IMG/VR virus record: IMGVR_UViG_3300044684_000278
Location: 72,321 to 136,320 of that record
Reading direction: 5' to 3' (one strand)
Length of the DNA stretch: 64,000 nt
From: a virus
Shown here: piece by piece, positions 15,513 through 25,745 of the stretch
Layout: every line of letters starts with the position of its first letter
How positions within the stretch are numbered: the stretch's first letter is position 1
Made by a program: the position numbers and the translations under genes
Notes under the pieces: model-generated
The model's database searches: none
What the model saw: only the letters and a program-made list of their open reading frames with translations
What the model was told of the DNA's origin: nothing

Positions 15513-15875
15513 ATGGCCACTGTAAACCAAGTTGAGAAACGTGTGAAAATGAATACGTGGGAGATCATAAAATACCAGATCCTGACCCACTGTTACTTAA
15601 ATAAGATCCAGGTGAGTGATGCTGACCTGGAATGCCTGACCCTTCTGAGCGTGCTGGGAGAACAAGAGCTGACTACTTTCTGCACAGAAGTACACAACAG
15701 GAAGATCTTCCGGTCTCCCCAGACCGTGAGGAACGCTTTAAGTAAAGCAGAGAAGAAACATCTCATCGTAAAAGAGGGCCGCACCAAGAAACGGATCCAT
15801 ATCAACCCCCGTATCAGCGTGCAGACCGCAGGTAACATTATGTTGGACTATAAATTCCTGGCCCTTGCGTCCTAA
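15513..15875 (+). CDS. winged-helix-like protein
   Basis: FRSPQTVRNALSKAEKKHLIVK wHTH-like segment. Confidence 0.6.
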   Translation: MATVNQVEKRVKMNTWEIIKYQILTHCYLNKIQVSDADLECLTLLSVLGEQELTTFCTEVHNRKIFRSPQTVRNALSKAEKKHLIVKEGRTKKRIHINPRISVQTAGNIMLDYKFLALAS

Positions 15876-16272
15876 GAAAGCTAAAGAGCTGCTGCCCCAG
15901 GTGGCGGAGGAACTGGGTCTCCCGGTCAAGATGGTGGAAGATATTCACAACCATTACTGGCGGGAAGTATGGGAGCAACTGACCTCCCCCAGGAGTATCA
16001 AGGTCCATGTAACCAACCTGGGTGATTTCAATACCAAGCACTGGTTGCTTGATAAAGAGATCCGCAAGCTGGAAGCATTCGGAGACCATACGAAACTCAA
16101 AGGGAACCAACGCTTTGCAGCGGGCATCCGGGTGAGTGAGAAACTTCAGATCCTCTACATGCTTAAAGAGATGGTGGAGGATGAGAACCAGAGAAGAGAA
16201 TTTATATACGAGCACAAGAGAGTCACCCATGAAGCTAAAGAAGAAGAACCTGATACAGATCTGGAAGAGTAA
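15865..16272 (+). CDS. HU/IHF-like DNA-binding protein
   Basis: ELLPQVAEELGLP...VHVTNLGDF pattern; TTG start. Confidence 0.6.
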   Translation: MRPKKAKELLPQVAEELGLPVKMVEDIHNHYWREVWEQLTSPRSIKVHVTNLGDFNTKHWLLDKEIRKLEAFGDHTKLKGNQRFAAGIRVSEKLQILYMLKEMVEDENQRREFIYEHKRVTHEAKEEEPDTDLEE

Positions 16273-16585
16273 AGGCCAGATCCTGGAAGGCATCCGAAAC
16301 TCTGTATTTAAGAATGAAGATGTGGAGGAGGTAGCCAGGCACCGGATGATCATCTGCAAATCCTGTCCCTTGTTTGACGAAAAGGGCGAAGGATGTATGG
16401 TACCGGGAACGCAGCCCTGCTGTAACGAACAGAAAGGTGGTTGCGGATGCTCTTTGAACTGGAAGACCAAGTCACTTTCCAGTGAGTGCCCCAAAGGACT
16501 CTGGAAGGCCCTGCTCACCCTGCAGGAAGAAGACTTACTCCAAGCATCCCTGAACCATGAAGCAAAAGATCGTAACAACCAATGA
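16229..16585 (+). CDS. Cys-rich Zn-binding protein
   Basis: RMIICKSCP...CC...CGC...CPKGLW; likely start at 16229. Confidence 0.65.
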   Translation: MKLKKKNLIQIWKSKGQILEGIRNSVFKNEDVEEVARHRMIICKSCPLFDEKGEGCMVPGTQPCCNEQKGGCGCSLNWKTKSLSSECPKGLWKALLTLQEEDLLQASLNHEAKDRNNQ

Positions 16586-16898
16586 AGATATTCAACTGTC
16601 TATTGTCCACCCAGTGTTTAAAACACTTCGGGTAAAGATGAAAGACGAAGAGGGCAATGTCCAGTATGCAGAGAAGGAGAAGCTTGTCAAGCAGCTGGCC
16701 GTAAGGAAATGGTTCAAGAAAGATGGGTTGACCTCTGTAGAGCAGTATGTGACCACCAACAACCGGATCGCCAAGAACCGCAGTGTGGTTTACGACAGAT
16801 ACAGCAACCGCTATTTTGCAACCTTCCACAGTCCTGATGAACTCTGGGGGTATATCAACGAAAAGAAACAGAAACCAATAGGATTTACAAGAGCATGA
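16557..16898 (+). CDS. hypothetical protein
   Basis: 113 aa, translationally coupled. Confidence 0.65.
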   Translation: MKQKIVTTNEDIQLSIVHPVFKTLRVKMKDEEGNVQYAEKEKLVKQLAVRKWFKKDGLTSVEQYVTTNNRIAKNRSVVYDRYSNRYFATFHSPDELWGYINEKKQKPIGFTRA

Positions 16899-17746
16899 GC
16901 ATCATATTCCGACCCGAAAACCACGAATACATCAGCCTGGATCCGGCTGAACACATTGACTGGATCTCTGTCACCAGCTTCATTGGCAACTTCAAGTTGC
17001 CCTTTGATGCCAAGGGGCAGGCAGCCAAGAGTGCCAGGAACAAAAAGTCCAAGTGGTATGGACTGACACAGGAAGAGATCCTCCAGGCGTGGAGCAACGA
17101 AAGCAAAAGAGCTACCGACCTGGGAACCTGGTACCACGATCAAAGGGAGCAGGACATCTGTGAGTTTGAGCATATGGAAAGGGAGGGCATTACAGTACCT
17201 GTATTTAAACCAGTCTACGAGAATGGTGTCAAATACGCCCCCGAACAGAAGCTTGAGAACGGGATCTACCCGGAACACCTGGTCTATTTGAAGTCCATGG
17301 GACTGATCGGGCAGAGTGACCTGGTAGAAGTGATTGACGGAAAAGTGAACATCACAGACTACAAGACCAATAAAGAGATCAAAGAGAAGGGATACACTTC
17401 CTGGGATGGAGTGGTTTCCAAGATGCAGGCACCGGTTAATCACCTGGATGACTGCAACTTAAATCACTACACCCTGCAGCTGAGTATCTACATGTACATG
17501 ATCCTGAAGCATAACCCGAAGCTGAAAGCAGGTAAGCTGATCCTGCATCACATCATCTTTGAGGAAGTGGGACGTGATAAATTTGATAACCCTATTGCCG
17601 CTCGTGACGTAAACGGGGATCCAATAGTCAAAGAGATCGTGCAGTACGAGATTCCTTATCTCAAACATGAGGTGATCTCCCTGATGAACTGGTTAAAAGA
17701 AAACAGACATAAAATAAAATCAAAAAAGAAAGAAGCAGTATGCTAA
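16895..17746 (+). CDS. PD-(D/E)XK superfamily exonuclease
   Basis: SVT, GTWYH, E...GQSDL...DYKT and QLSIY motifs. Confidence 0.8.
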   Translation: MSIIFRPENHEYISLDPAEHIDWISVTSFIGNFKLPFDAKGQAAKSARNKKSKWYGLTQEEILQAWSNESKRATDLGTWYHDQREQDICEFEHMEREGITVPVFKPVYENGVKYAPEQKLENGIYPEHLVYLKSMGLIGQSDLVEVIDGKVNITDYKTNKEIKEKGYTSWDGVVSKMQAPVNHLDDCNLNHYTLQLSIYMYMILKHNPKLKAGKLILHHIIFEEVGRDKFDNPIAARDVNGDPIVKEIVQYEIPYLKHEVISLMNWLKENRHKIKSKKKEAVC

Positions 17747-17961
17747 ACACAAGTACCACCAATGAGAACTACAATTCTGTTGCTTACGAACTAACTGCAG
17801 AAGAACCACAATCTGTCCTGGATATTCAGGGACCTAATGGAAGCATCTTCCGAATTGATGACAATGGAGACATCTACGTCCGTGGAAAACTCACTACCAA
17901 TGATATGGAAGTGGTTGACGGGTTCAAGGATTTCCTCCGAGAAGTTAATGAAGCAGAATAA
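17740..17961 (+). CDS. hypothetical protein
   Basis: 73 aa, operon-packed. Confidence 0.6.
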   Translation: MLNTSTTNENYNSVAYELTAEEPQSVLDIQGPNGSIFRIDDNGDIYVRGKLTTNDMEVVDGFKDFLREVNEAE

Positions 17962-17964
17962 TCC

Positions 17965-18237
17965 ATGACTATGAAAGCCCTTATAGAAAATATAAAGAAG
18001 CGTTATATACAAAGATCAATCATTCGTATGGCAGACAAACATTTTTGGACTGCCTATGAATATGAGAAAGAAATTGCTTATTATAATTCTGTAGGGGCTT
18101 ATCATTTACTACGTGATGAGCTCCTGAGAAGGTATTATTTCCACTGCAGGTACTACAACCGCCTGATCAACTTAGCCAGCAAATATGGGAATCAAAGAAT
18201 GGTTCAAAAGAAAACCAGAGATTTCAGCACCAACTGA
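17965..18237 (+). CDS. hypothetical protein
   Basis: 90 aa. Confidence 0.55.
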   Translation: MTMKALIENIKKRYIQRSIIRMADKHFWTAYEYEKEIAYYNSVGAYHLLRDELLRRYYFHCRYYNRLINLASKYGNQRMVQKKTRDFSTN

Positions 18238-18535
18238 TTTATTGGAAGGCCGCTCCTATACGGAGCTGGATCAGGTGAGGATAGCCCTTTGGATCGCTCT
18301 TTGCAAATGTTTCAATCCCAGATTGGTCTGGAGAACAACTCAGGACCATGATGGATCTATTAGCCCAGGGTGGTTCATCCTGGGCTATAAATTTCACCCG
18401 GACCGGCAGATCCGGTTCTTTGTTCCCATTGAAGACTGGGACAAGACAAATTATGCCACTACCCGCAAGCGGGCACCTAAACACAATGGTCTCACTCCTG
18501 CTGATAATATTCAGCGGATCCGTAACCTAAGCTAA
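18185..18535 (+). CDS. hypothetical phage protein
   Basis: 116 aa with HDG..GWFILG...QI motif. Confidence 0.6.
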   Translation: MGIKEWFKRKPEISAPTDLLEGRSYTELDQVRIALWIALCKCFNPRLVWRTTQDHDGSISPGWFILGYKFHPDRQIRFFVPIEDWDKTNYATTRKRAPKHNGLTPADNIQRIRNLS

Positions 18536-18537
18536 CC

Positions 18538-18738
18538 ATGATGATCGTAGAAGAAGCTTTTGAGATTGGAGGTTTTGTCTATCTCAAAACAGATCCCGAA
18601 CAGTTAATCAGAGTTGTCACCGGTATCACCATCCGTCCTGGTGGCCTCTTAGAGTACAAAGTATCCAACGCAGATAACGAGACCACCCACTACGAGATTG
18701 AGCTCTCACTGGAGCCCAACATCCTTGCCAAGTGCTAA
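18538..18738 (+). CDS. hypothetical protein
   Basis: 66 aa FEIGGFVYLKTDPEQ. Confidence 0.6.
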   Translation: MMIVEEAFEIGGFVYLKTDPEQLIRVVTGITIRPGGLLEYKVSNADNETTHYEIELSLEPNILAKC

Positions 18739-18751
18739 CCATAGACTATAC

Positions 18752-19264
18752 ATGATCAGACTATTTGATGTACAGAACGGGAAAGTCATCCCCACTGAAC
18801 ACTGTTACACCCTATACTTTTTACGAAACATTATGAACGAATACCCGGAGGATTATCTCTCCATCTACCAGTATTTGTTCTATATGACCTGTCCCAACCC
18901 GGAGCTGAATCCCTTCTTTCATACCCCGGAATCAGATAAGGAGGAGCTCATCCTCCAGGAGGTGGGAGCAGAATTTTCCACGGAAGACGAAACCATACAG
19001 CACGCCCTGGAAGTCACTGCCAAACTATACGAGACAGAGACCTCCCGTGCCTACTATGCCATGAAGAAAGCCCTGGACAATATGTCCAGAGTGCTGGCCA
19101 CAGAAGTGCCTACGTTTGGACGTGATGGTTCTGCAACAGATTTGCTTCGCATCATGGAAAAGTTTGATGCAGTCCGTCAGTCATTTAAGGGTGTATACAA
19201 GGATCTGCAGGAAGAACAGCAGACCAATGTCAGGGGGGGACAACGACTATCCTATGACAGTTGA
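18752..19264 (+). CDS. protein upstream of terL (possible terminase small subunit)
   Basis: Likely start MIRLFDVQNG; helical; immediately precedes the large terminase. Confidence 0.5.
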   Translation: MIRLFDVQNGKVIPTEHCYTLYFLRNIMNEYPEDYLSIYQYLFYMTCPNPELNPFFHTPESDKEELILQEVGAEFSTEDETIQHALEVTAKLYETETSRAYYAMKKALDNMSRVLATEVPTFGRDGSATDLLRIMEKFDAVRQSFKGVYKDLQEEQQTNVRGGQRLSYDS

Positions 19265-19287
19265 TACACCAAAGACCCTAACCCTTA

Positions 19288-21519
19288 ATGACACCAAACC
19301 CAACAACCACCACACCCTACATTACTGTACCTGTTTACGACAATGACGTTAAGATCTGGACCTCAAGAGACTTTCAAACAAGAGAAGACTATACGGCCTT
19401 CGTTAAGAGCGTCTTTAAAGAACCTGGCCTCTATGAGTTTGATGAGACCTCTTTCCTCTTTAATGAGCAGGCCCGCTATTTTGAACAGCACGGGGTCTAC
19501 CCAGGCAACCTCTCTCCCTTCAGAAGCAAGGACTTCATCAAGTACTGGGACGATCAGAAAGACAAGTGCAGAAAGGGCGTTATTTATCAGCATGGAGGAA
19601 AGACCTGGTACCTGACCAGGGACTACTACATGTGGCTGAACTTTCTTCCCATCTATGACAAGGAAGAAAAGAAGTTCGGCTTTGCCAAGGTCCGGGATGC
19701 ACAGTACCACATGGCTCTTTACGAGCTGCTGGCGGAGCTGCACTACAAGCATTCCTGCATCCTTAAGAAACGTCAGATTGCCTCCTCTTATTTCCACATT
19801 GCCAAACTCCTCAACCAGTACTGGTTTGAGCAGGGTGCCGTCATGAAACTGGGTGCCAGCCTCAAAGATTATATCAATGAGAAGGGCTCCTGGAAGTTTC
19901 TGGACGAGTACCGTAACTTCCTCAACGAACATACGGCCTGGTACCGCCCTAATGAGCCCGACAAGGTCTTATCATGGCAACAACGTATCAAAGTAAGGAT
20001 CGGAGGCCGCGATACCTACAAGGGCTTAAAAAGCGTGTTTACGGGCATGTCCTTTGAGAAGGATGCCACTAATGGTGTAGGTGGTCCGGTAACCTACTTC
20101 TTCCATGAGGAAGCGGGTATCGCACCCAAGATGGACGAGACCTACGGGTATATGCGTCCTGCCATGAAATCCGGTATGATTACTACCGGTATGTTCATAG
20201 CGGCAGGCTCCGTGGGTGATCTGGACCAGTGCGGTCCCTTGAAAAAATACATCCTGAACCCGGATGCCAACGATTTCTATTCAGTAGAGACTGACCTACT
20301 GGATGATAAGGGCACGCTGGGCCGATCCGGGCTCTTTATTCCGGAGCAGTGGAGTATGCCTCCTTACATAGATGAATTTGGCAACAGCCTCGTTAAAGAG
20401 GCCCTGGATGCCCTGGATGCTTACTTTGCCCAATGCAAGCGTGATCTTGATCCTGCAGCCTACCAGCTGGAGCTCTCCCAGCACCCCCGCAACATTGCAG
20501 AAGCCTTTGCCTCCCGTAAGGAAGCCCTCTTCCCCATACACCTGGTGAGCCAGCAGCTCAGAAGGATCGAGGAGAAGCAATACCCCTGTGAATACCTGGA
20601 GCTCTTTGAAACAGAGGGCGGGAAGATAGATGCCAGGGCTTCCCGAAAGATCCCCATCATGGAGTTCCCGATCTCTAAAAAGACGGAAGACAAAGAAGGC
20701 GTGATCTGTGTGTGGGAACGTCCCATGCAGAATGCTCCCTGGGGAACGTACTATGCTTCTGTGGATCCAGTGGGAGAAGGAAAGACCACAACCTCCGAGT
20801 CTCTCTGCTCCATCATCGTTTACAAGAATGCTATTGAAGTCACTAAAGATGAAGGCAACGGAAAAGTCTCCACCTACGTGGAAGGAGATAAAATAGTAGC
20901 CACCTGGTGCGGAAGGTTTGATGACTTAAAGAAAACCCATGAAAGATTGGAGTACATCATCCGCTGGTACAATGCCTGGACCCTGGTGGAGAACAACGTC
21001 TCCCTGTTCATCCAGTACATGATCTCCAAGCGTATGCAACGCTTCCTGGTGCCCAAGGATCAGATCCTGTTCTTAAAGGAACTGGGTTCCAACATGAACG
21101 TATACGCGGACTATGGCTGGAAGAATACTGGCACCATGTTCAAGAACCACCTGCTCTCTTATGGCATCCAGTTCATGGAAGAGGAGCTGGATCATGAATT
21201 TGACGAGAATGGAAAGATCCTGAGCACTGTCCGTGGTGTGGAAAGGATCCCTGATCCCATGATCCTCACGGAGGCCGGAGCCTACCATCACGGCCTCAAC
21301 GTGGACCGCCTGGTATCCTACTGTTCCCTGGTAGCTTTTGTTCATATACAGCGGGCCAGCCGTGGTATGCAAAAACGTGTAGAAGTGACCCAGGATAAAT
21401 TGGAGAATTCCTCTAAAATGAGTAAATTAAATATGAGCCCCTTCCGTCACATTGGAGGCTCTACCTCTACAAACAACAGCAGCTTTTTCAAGAGAAATCC
21501 CTTCAAGAATCTCCGCTAA
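19288..21519 (+). CDS. terL: terminase large subunit
   Basis: Walker A-like LKKRQIASS, Walker B FFHEEAG, nuclease motif ASVDPV, VENN, and NVDRL. Confidence 0.9.
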   Translation: MTPNPTTTTPYITVPVYDNDVKIWTSRDFQTREDYTAFVKSVFKEPGLYEFDETSFLFNEQARYFEQHGVYPGNLSPFRSKDFIKYWDDQKDKCRKGVIYQHGGKTWYLTRDYYMWLNFLPIYDKEEKKFGFAKVRDAQYHMALYELLAELHYKHSCILKKRQIASSYFHIAKLLNQYWFEQGAVMKLGASLKDYINEKGSWKFLDEYRNFLNEHTAWYRPNEPDKVLSWQQRIKVRIGGRDTYKGLKSVFTGMSFEKDATNGVGGPVTYFFHEEAGIAPKMDETYGYMRPAMKSGMITTGMFIAAGSVGDLDQCGPLKKYILNPDANDFYSVETDLLDDKGTLGRSGLFIPEQWSMPPYIDEFGNSLVKEALDALDAYFAQCKRDLDPAAYQLELSQHPRNIAEAFASRKEALFPIHLVSQQLRRIEEKQYPCEYLELFETEGGKIDARASRKIPIMEFPISKKTEDKEGVICVWERPMQNAPWGTYYASVDPVGEGKTTTSESLCSIIVYKNAIEVTKDEGNGKVSTYVEGDKIVATWCGRFDDLKKTHERLEYIIRWYNAWTLVENNVSLFIQYMISKRMQRFLVPKDQILFLKELGSNMNVYADYGWKNTGTMFKNHLLSYGIQFMEEELDHEFDENGKILSTVRGVERIPDPMILTEAGAYHHGLNVDRLVSYCSLVAFVHIQRASRGMQKRVEVTQDKLENSSKMSKLNMSPFRHIGGSTSTNNSSFFKRNPFKNLR

Positions 21520-21543
21520 GAAGCCACCCTATAGAAACGAACC

Positions 21544-24279
21544 ATGCAGATATACAATGCCCTTGATTTAAAAAAGGGAGCCAAGACTGAGCTTAAAAGA
21601 ATGGGTACCCTCACCCAGCCCGTACAGTTCCTGCCCCAGAAGGATAAGGATATTGAATGGAGTTCCTGGAATATGGACTGGCTGGAGTTCCAGGGAATGA
21701 AGCAGCTGAGGCGTAATGCCAAACGGCTAATGAAGAACTACAAGCTGGCCAAAGGTATTATTGATAAGTCCGACTACATCGTAGAGGATGACAATGAATA
21801 CGGGGAGATGATTGACATTCTCACCAAAGAAGATGAATCTGCCCTGGAGCTGAAGTTCTACCCCATCATCCCCAATGTGATCAACGTATTATGCACAGAG
21901 TTCTCCAAACGGGTCAGCAAGATCCAGTTCCGTGCCGTGGATGACATCTCCTACAATGAGATGCTGGAAGAGAAGCGGGCCATGATCGAGCAGACGCTGC
22001 TTGCGGAAGCAGAGCAGAAGATGCGGATCAAGCTCATGAACATGGGCCTGGCCGAAGACTCTGAGCAGGGCAAGCAGATGATGGACCCACAGAACCTCAA
22101 GTCCCTTCCGGAGATCGAGCAGTTCTTCCAGAAAGACTACAGGTCTCTGCAGGAAGAGTGGGCTACCCACCAGTTTAAAATAGACGAGCAGCGTTTCAAG
22201 ATGCAGGAGCTGGAAGAGCGCGGCTTCAGGGACATGCTGATCACAGACCGTGAGTTCTGGCATTTCCAGATGTATGAGGATGACTATGAAGTGGAGCTGT
22301 GGAACCCACTGCTTACCTTCTATCACAAGTCTCCTGATGTACGCTACGTATCCAATGGGAACTACGTGGGCAAGATGGATATGATGTCCATCCCAGATGT
22401 GATTGACAAATATGGCTGGATGATGACCCAGGACCAGTTAGAGTCCCTGGAGGCCATCTACCCGGTACGATCTGCCGGTTATAACATGCCGGGTGTGCAG
22501 AATGATGGCAGCTTCTATGATGCTACCCGTTCCCACGAATGGAACACCCAGATGCCATCCCTGGGCATGAGGCAGTTCACTTCCATGTATGACAATGCCA
22601 TGCCTAACGGGGACATCGTCAACTGGATCCTGGGAGAGAGTGAAGACCTCTTTGACCACGGTAACTCCTGGCTTTTAAGGGTCACCACCGTATACTGGAA
22701 AAGCCAGCGTAAGGTGGGCCACCTGACCAAGATCACCGAAGACGGCCAGCTGATCCAGGACATTGTCACTGAGGATTACAAGGTGACCGACAAGCCTGTG
22801 TACAACACGGCTGTTTATAAAACAAAGACAAAAGACAACCTCATATTTGGGGAACACATAGACTGGATCTGGATCAACGAGGTATGGGGCGGGGTCAAGA
22901 TCGGCCCTAACCGTCCGGCCTACTGGGGCACCAGCAATCCTGGGGGGATCAACCCGATCTACCTGGGCCTGAAAGGTGGCCAGCCAGGAAGACTTCCTTT
23001 CCAGTTCAAGGGGGACGATAACCTTTACGGATGCAAGCTTCCGGTTGAAGGTGCTGTCTTCTCTGACCGCAACACCAAATCTGTCGCTCTGGTAGATACC
23101 ATGAAGCCGTATCAGATTGCCTATAACGTAGTAAATAATCAGATTGCTGACATACTCGTGGATGAACTGGGTACCGTGATCCTTTTGGATCAGAATGCCC
23201 TTCCACGCCACTCTCTGGGAGAAGACTGGGGCAAGAACAACCTGGCCAAGGCTTATGTAGCCATGAAGAATTTCCAGATGCTGCCACTGGATACAACCAT
23301 TACAAACACGGAAAATGCCCTCAACTTTCAACACTATAGTGTCCTCAACCTGGAACAGACTCAGAGGCTTATGTCTCGTGTTCAGCTTGCAACTTATTTT
23401 AAGAACCAGGCGTTTGAAGTCATCGGGATCAACCCACAAAGAATGGGGCAGCAGATCTCTCAGGAGACAGCAACAGGTGTGGAACAAGCCCTGAATGCCA
23501 GCTATGCCCAGACAGAGATTTACTTTACCCAGCACAGTGACTATTTGATGCCAAGGGTCCACCAGATGCGGACCGACCTGGCCCAGTACTACCACTCTAC
23601 CAAGCCTTCCATAAGGCTGCAGTATATCACCTCCAATGATGAGAAGGTGAACTTCCAGATCAACGGGACCAAGCTCCTGATGAGGGACTTCAACATCTTC
23701 TGTACGACCAATGTCAATGCCCGTGCCATCATGGAGCAGATGAAGCAGCTCGTGCTGAATAATAATACCATGGGTGCTTCTGTGTATGACCTGGGCAATG
23801 TGATCAAGGCAGACTCTGTGGCGGAACTGACCTCAGTACTGAAAGCAGCAGAACAGAAAGCCAATGCCATCCGCCAGGAGCAGCAGCAGCATGAACAACA
23901 GATGCAGCAACAACAACTCCAGAGCCAGGAGCAGCAGAAACAAATGCAGCTGCAATGGGATGCGGACCAGGCAGACAAGAACCGCCAGAAGGACATCATG
24001 GTGGCCGAGATCCGCGCAGCCGGTATGGGTGCAGGCGTAGACCTGAATAACAATGCCCAGAATGACTACATGGATGCCCTCCAGCAGATAGAAGCCTCCA
24101 GGCAGTATCAGGATACCATGGACTTTAAACGCCAGCAGGAATCCAACAAGCTGATCCAGGCTGATCAGAAGAACCAATTGGAACGGGAAAAGCTTCAGGC
24201 CCAGAGGGAACGTGACCGCACAGCCCTGGAAGTGGCCCGAACCAATAAGAACAAGTTTGACAAACCCAAAGGGAAGTAA
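21544..24279 (+). CDS. portal protein
   Basis: 911 aa after terL; YPIIPNVINVL motif; Gln-rich C-terminal barrel; crAss-like synteny. Confidence 0.85.
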   Translation: MQIYNALDLKKGAKTELKRMGTLTQPVQFLPQKDKDIEWSSWNMDWLEFQGMKQLRRNAKRLMKNYKLAKGIIDKSDYIVEDDNEYGEMIDILTKEDESALELKFYPIIPNVINVLCTEFSKRVSKIQFRAVDDISYNEMLEEKRAMIEQTLLAEAEQKMRIKLMNMGLAEDSEQGKQMMDPQNLKSLPEIEQFFQKDYRSLQEEWATHQFKIDEQRFKMQELEERGFRDMLITDREFWHFQMYEDDYEVELWNPLLTFYHKSPDVRYVSNGNYVGKMDMMSIPDVIDKYGWMMTQDQLESLEAIYPVRSAGYNMPGVQNDGSFYDATRSHEWNTQMPSLGMRQFTSMYDNAMPNGDIVNWILGESEDLFDHGNSWLLRVTTVYWKSQRKVGHLTKITEDGQLIQDIVTEDYKVTDKPVYNTAVYKTKTKDNLIFGEHIDWIWINEVWGGVKIGPNRPAYWGTSNPGGINPIYLGLKGGQPGRLPFQFKGDDNLYGCKLPVEGAVFSDRNTKSVALVDTMKPYQIAYNVVNNQIADILVDELGTVILLDQNALPRHSLGEDWGKNNLAKAYVAMKNFQMLPLDTTITNTENALNFQHYSVLNLEQTQRLMSRVQLATYFKNQAFEVIGINPQRMGQQISQETATGVEQALNASYAQTEIYFTQHSDYLMPRVHQMRTDLAQYYHSTKPSIRLQYITSNDEKVNFQINGTKLLMRDFNIFCTTNVNARAIMEQMKQLVLNNNTMGASVYDLGNVIKADSVAELTSVLKAAEQKANAIRQEQQQHEQQMQQQQLQSQEQQKQMQLQWDADQADKNRQKDIMVAEIRAAGMGAGVDLNNNAQNDYMDALQQIEASRQYQDTMDFKRQQESNKLIQADQKNQLEREKLQAQRERDRTALEVARTNKNKFDKPKGK

Positions 24280-24413
24280 AACATATTATAGCCATATGAT
24301 CCGCCCCTCAGCTCTACAAGATGCCATAATTCTACAAGTACCCTAAATTTTTAGAGTTTAAAATAGTATATTCTATTGTAGAGATACACAAAGAGACCAA
24401 CAACCAACACCCT

Positions 24414-25703
24414 ATGCCAGACGTAACCACTAATGTTAAACAGGTTGATGTAGACCTGGATAATATAGACTCATGGTTAGGTGCTCCCGGATCTGACAAC
24501 ATCCTAACTCCAACCAGTGAAGATAAAACAAAGCCAGCCGAGGCAGCTAAACCAAACTTTTTCTCTAACAAGCCGGTTGATCTCGGATTCATTGATAATG
24601 AAGATGAAGACCAGCCAGAACCTGTTAAGGACCCAGAGAACCAGAATCCACCAGCAGATGCTCCTCCTGTAAAGGTTGATGACATCCTGAATGAGCTGGA
24701 GACAGCTGAGAATGACGAGGATCCGGAGAAGAAAAAACCAGGAAGGCCTAAGACTGAAAAGAACGGCCTGATTGAGTTCTTTAAAAAGCGGATTGAATCC
24801 AAGGAGATGTTTGCCTTTGATGATTATGATGAGGAAAAACAGTCCCTTGATGAATACTTAGGCTCTTTGTCTGAGAAGGATCTGGACGAGCTGTACACAG
24901 CCAACATCACCCAGATCAAGGAAGACATTGCCAGTCAGACCCCAAAGGAATTCTTTGAATCCCTTCCACAGGAGCTGCAGTACGCTGCCAAGTATGTGGC
25001 TGACGGAGGTCAGGACCTTAAAGGTCTCTTCCAGGCCCTTGCTCATGTGGAGCAGACCAGGGAATTGGACCCTTCCAATGACGGTGACCAGGAGTCCATC
25101 GTAAGAAATTACCTGCAGGCTACCAAGTTCGGTACACCGGAGGAGATTGACGAAGAGATTGTTACCTGGAAAGACCTGGGAGTGCTGGGTAAGAAAGCAG
25201 GCCAGTTCAAACCGAAACTGGACAAGATGCAGGAAGAGATCGTGGCCCAGAAGCTTGCCGAGCAGGAAAAGCAGAAGCAGCAGCAACAACAGGCCGTGAA
25301 AGAATACATGGACAATGTATTTGAAGCCCTCCGCCCAGGAGAGATCAATGGTCTGAAGCTGGATAAGAACACACAGGCAAAACTGTATTCCGGTTTAACC
25401 CAGGCACAGTATCCATCTATGAGTGGCCGTCCTACCAACCTGTTGGGACACTTACTGGAAAAGCACCAGTTCGTAGAGCCTAACTACCAGCTGATCGCTG
25501 AAGCCCTGTGGCTGCTCTCTGATCCGGATGACTACCGGAAGAGCCTTGCCAAGACAGGACAGAACCAGGCAGCTGCAGACATTTCCCGCAAGCTGAAAAC
25601 AGAACAGCAGCGTAAACAGCCCTCTACCAACACACTGGAAGATCAGGAGGAAAACAAGACCCGCAGGATCCCACGTCAGAACAACAGCTTTTTTAAAAGA
25701 TAA
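24414..25703 (+). CDS. capsid scaffolding-like protein
   Basis: Acidic, low-complexity, coiled-coil; between portal and MCP. Confidence 0.6.
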   Translation: MPDVTTNVKQVDVDLDNIDSWLGAPGSDNILTPTSEDKTKPAEAAKPNFFSNKPVDLGFIDNEDEDQPEPVKDPENQNPPADAPPVKVDDILNELETAENDEDPEKKKPGRPKTEKNGLIEFFKKRIESKEMFAFDDYDEEKQSLDEYLGSLSEKDLDELYTANITQIKEDIASQTPKEFFESLPQELQYAAKYVADGGQDLKGLFQALAHVEQTRELDPSNDGDQESIVRNYLQATKFGTPEEIDEEIVTWKDLGVLGKKAGQFKPKLDKMQEEIVAQKLAEQEKQKQQQQQAVKEYMDNVFEALRPGEINGLKLDKNTQAKLYSGLTQAQYPSMSGRPTNLLGHLLEKHQFVEPNYQLIAEALWLLSDPDDYRKSLAKTGQNQAAADISRKLKTEQQRKQPSTNTLEDQEENKTRRIPRQNNSFFKR

Positions 25704-25745
25704 TAACCCAAGAACCCTTAACCCTATTAAACAACCCTAAACCCT

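Noticed and set aside
23870-23955. CAG-rich repeat in the portal gene
   Set aside because: It encodes the ordinary Gln-rich coiled-coil barrel; not a separate repeat element.
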